Part shown: one piece after another, positions 62,381-64,000 of the stretch | How positions within the stretch are numbered: the stretch's first letter is position 1 | Layout of the letters: every line of letters begins with the position of its first letter | NCBI GenBank assembly: GCA_963727525.1 | Contig: CAVSGO010000005.1 | Location: forward strand, 96,001 to 160,000 | DNA length: 64,000 nucleotides | DNA from: an uncultured bacterium | GTDB lineage: Bacteria; Krumholzibacteriota; Krumholzibacteriia; LZORAL124-64-63 | Reading direction: 5' to 3' | The notes under the pieces: model-generated | What the model saw: only the letters and a program-made list of their open reading frames with translations | What the model was told of the DNA's origin: nothing | The model's database searches: none | Program-made: the position numbers and the translations under genes

Positions 62381-63504
62381 CAGTACACCCCCGTCAACGA
62401 GAACGCGACCTGGTATCCGTGGATATCGAGACTGTGGTCGTTCGCCCCTCCGGTGAAGTAGCGTACGCCAAGGCTGGCGCGCAGGCGGTCCATCACCGTG
62501 ACCTCGCTATCCAGTCCATATGCCTGCACCCGGGAGGCCGGATTGCCGTACTCGTTGGAGTCGATCCAGCGCAGCTCGACCAGGGGACCCACCCGCCACG
62601 GGCGAGCCTTGGTGGCACCGTGGAACGCCGCTCGCGCGCTCCAGACCAGCTCGTTCCCGTATAGCCGCAGGTTTTGCAACACCGCGCCCGCATGGTCATA
62701 GGTGGTGGCGCGGTCGCGCAGGAGGTAGGAGATCCGGGTGCCCATGCCGATCCGGGCGCCGCGGTGGTCCACGCCCAGGCTGCTGCGCGTGTACCAGTTC
62801 TGACTGAAGACGTCCCGCCCGCCCACCCGGTCGGCCGTGAAATCGGCATACGTGAATCCGGCGAACGCGTGGAGTCCGGTACCCGTGGTCTCCGCGCGCA
62901 GCGTGGCGTTGATCTGATCGCCAGGGTCGTAGTCGTCGACCCCGACGTACGAGTTATAAGATCCGGCATACTCGTACGCGACGGTCGCACCGACCAGCAG
63001 AGATCCCCAGTCGACGGCCCCGCCCAGCGTGGCGCTGAGACCCAGCCCTTCGCCCAGACGACGCAACGGAAACGCGAGGATGTCCTGGGAGAGGTAGTGC
63101 ATCACGAGCCAGTCGTCGCCGTAATCGAGGTTCCTCTTGCCCGTCGGCAGATTGACGCCGAGACCGAGAATCACTCGGTCCCGCGCCAGCGTCTGGTTGA
63201 GCTGCAGGCGCACGTCGCCGAGCCCCGCGAGCTGGTGAGCATCGCCATCAACGGTGGCCTTGCTGGAGGCATACGCGAGCAGGTACCGCGCTTCAAGGTT
63301 CTCACGCAGGGGCACAAAGCCACCGAACGGCGCCACGACCTGATCGACAGTGACCTTCTGCGCCGTATCCTCGAGCGTCCACCCGGTCAACACGAAGCCG
63401 GCGTCGAGACTCGCGGGCGAACCGTACGAGATCTGCGCCCGGGCGGGCGTAGCCGCGACCATTGCGATGATGCCCAGGGCTGGCAACGACCACCGCGCGC
63501 GCAT
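62380..63504 (-). CDS. Probable outer-membrane beta-barrel protein
   Basis: Signal peptide; GLGDVRL, LGVNLPTG, YDPGD; aromatic C-terminus; TGATG coupling on both sides. Confidence 0.65.
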   Translation of the reverse strand: MRARWSLPALGIIAMVAATPARAQISYGSPASLDAGFVLTGWTLEDTAQKVTVDQVVAPFGGFVPLRENLEARYLLAYASSKATVDGDAHQLAGLGDVRLQLNQTLARDRVILGLGVNLPTGKRNLDYGDDWLVMHYLSQDILAFPLRRLGEGLGLSATLGGAVDWGSLLVGATVAYEYAGSYNSYVGVDDYDPGDQINATLRAETTGTGLHAFAGFTYADFTADRVGGRDVFSQNWYTRSSLGVDHRGARIGMGTRISYLLRDRATTYDHAGAVLQNLRLYGNELVWSARAAFHGATKARPWRVGPLVELRWIDSNEYGNPASRVQAYGLDSEVTVMDRLRASLGVRYFTGGANDHSLDIHGYQVAFSLTGVY

Positions 63505-64000
63505 CAGTAATCCCCCCCGATGACGAGCCGGACGCCCGTGACCGCACCGGTGTGCGGCGGTGTCGTGGTCGGCGATCCCGCGCCGTCTGTCGCGAGCGAC
63601 ACCGGCATCACGCCCGACTCGCCCTGCAGCACCTGGAAGAAGCGACCGCGCGCCCCGTCGGCCGCGAGGCCGGCGTCCGACGCCGCGTCGTCGCCGCCGC
63701 TGGCCGTGGCGACGTCCTCCGTCAACGCCGCCATGTCGGAGGCCTCGGTGAAGCCGCCATCAGCGTGGTGTGCCTTCTGGAACTCGACGGCCGCCTCGCG
63801 ATAGCGCCCCTCGTCGCGATAGGTCACCCCGCGGCTATACGCCAGGAACGCGGCGAAATTCTCGGTGGGAACCAACTCGATCGCGCTGCGCTCCTCGGGT
63901 GTGAGCGTGATACCGAGATCCGCGATGATGGCGAACGCCAGGTCCTTCTCCAGTCGGAAGAACCGCGTGAGCTGGCCCGCGACCGGATCGAGATCGCGGC
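63504..64000 (-). CDS. 3' part of a CsgG/TolB-N-like plus TPR protein (start outside the window)
   Basis: Frame is open to the edge: GQLTRFFRLEKDLAFAIIADLGITLTPEERSAIELVPTENFAAFLAYSRG...EAAVEFQKA. Confidence 0.6.
   Translation of the reverse strand, partial: RDLDPVAGQLTRFFRLEKDLAFAIIADLGITLTPEERSAIELVPTENFAAFLAYSRGVTYRDEGRYREAAVEFQKAHHADGGFTEASDMAALTEDVATASGGDDAASDAGLAADGARGRFFQVLQGESGVMPVSLATDGAGSPTTTPPHTGAVTGVRLVIGGDY

Overview
A GC-rich (roughly 70% by eye), gene-dense bacterial chromosomal window. Five secreted proteins with FlgD-Ig-type C-terminal domains and two with a short 'S/T-W-G/S-D-V-K/R' C-terminal tag suggest an FCB-related candidate lineage (Krumholzibacteriota/Latescibacterota-like); this placement is inference only. 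Contents in order: the end of a surface-polysaccharide locus (sulfatase-like gene, Wzz-like, Wza, Wzx, GT4, ExeA-SPOR ATPase); an archaeal-type topoisomerase VI whose B and A genes are separated by an M32 carboxypeptidase and a methyltransferase; a B12-dependent CarH/LitR photoreceptor with matching 11-bp-periodic operators at its own promoter and at that of a DUF4397 secreted protein; an MDH with a 5-residue insertion in the specificity loop; several peptidases (M14, M32, S9, CPBP, M29-like, transglutaminase-like); one IS1/IS1595-like element with perfect 27-bp inverted repeats; two sigma54 two-component systems and two -24/-12 promoters; an NYN-LOTUS protein; an ECF sigma/anti-sigma pair; a PilZ gene coupled to a PPDK-N gene; and a long minus-strand cell-envelope cluster. 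I saw no rRNA, tRNA or CRISPR array. All family calls come from motif recognition, not database searches. Start codons were re-chosen by eye where the ORF track over-extends.
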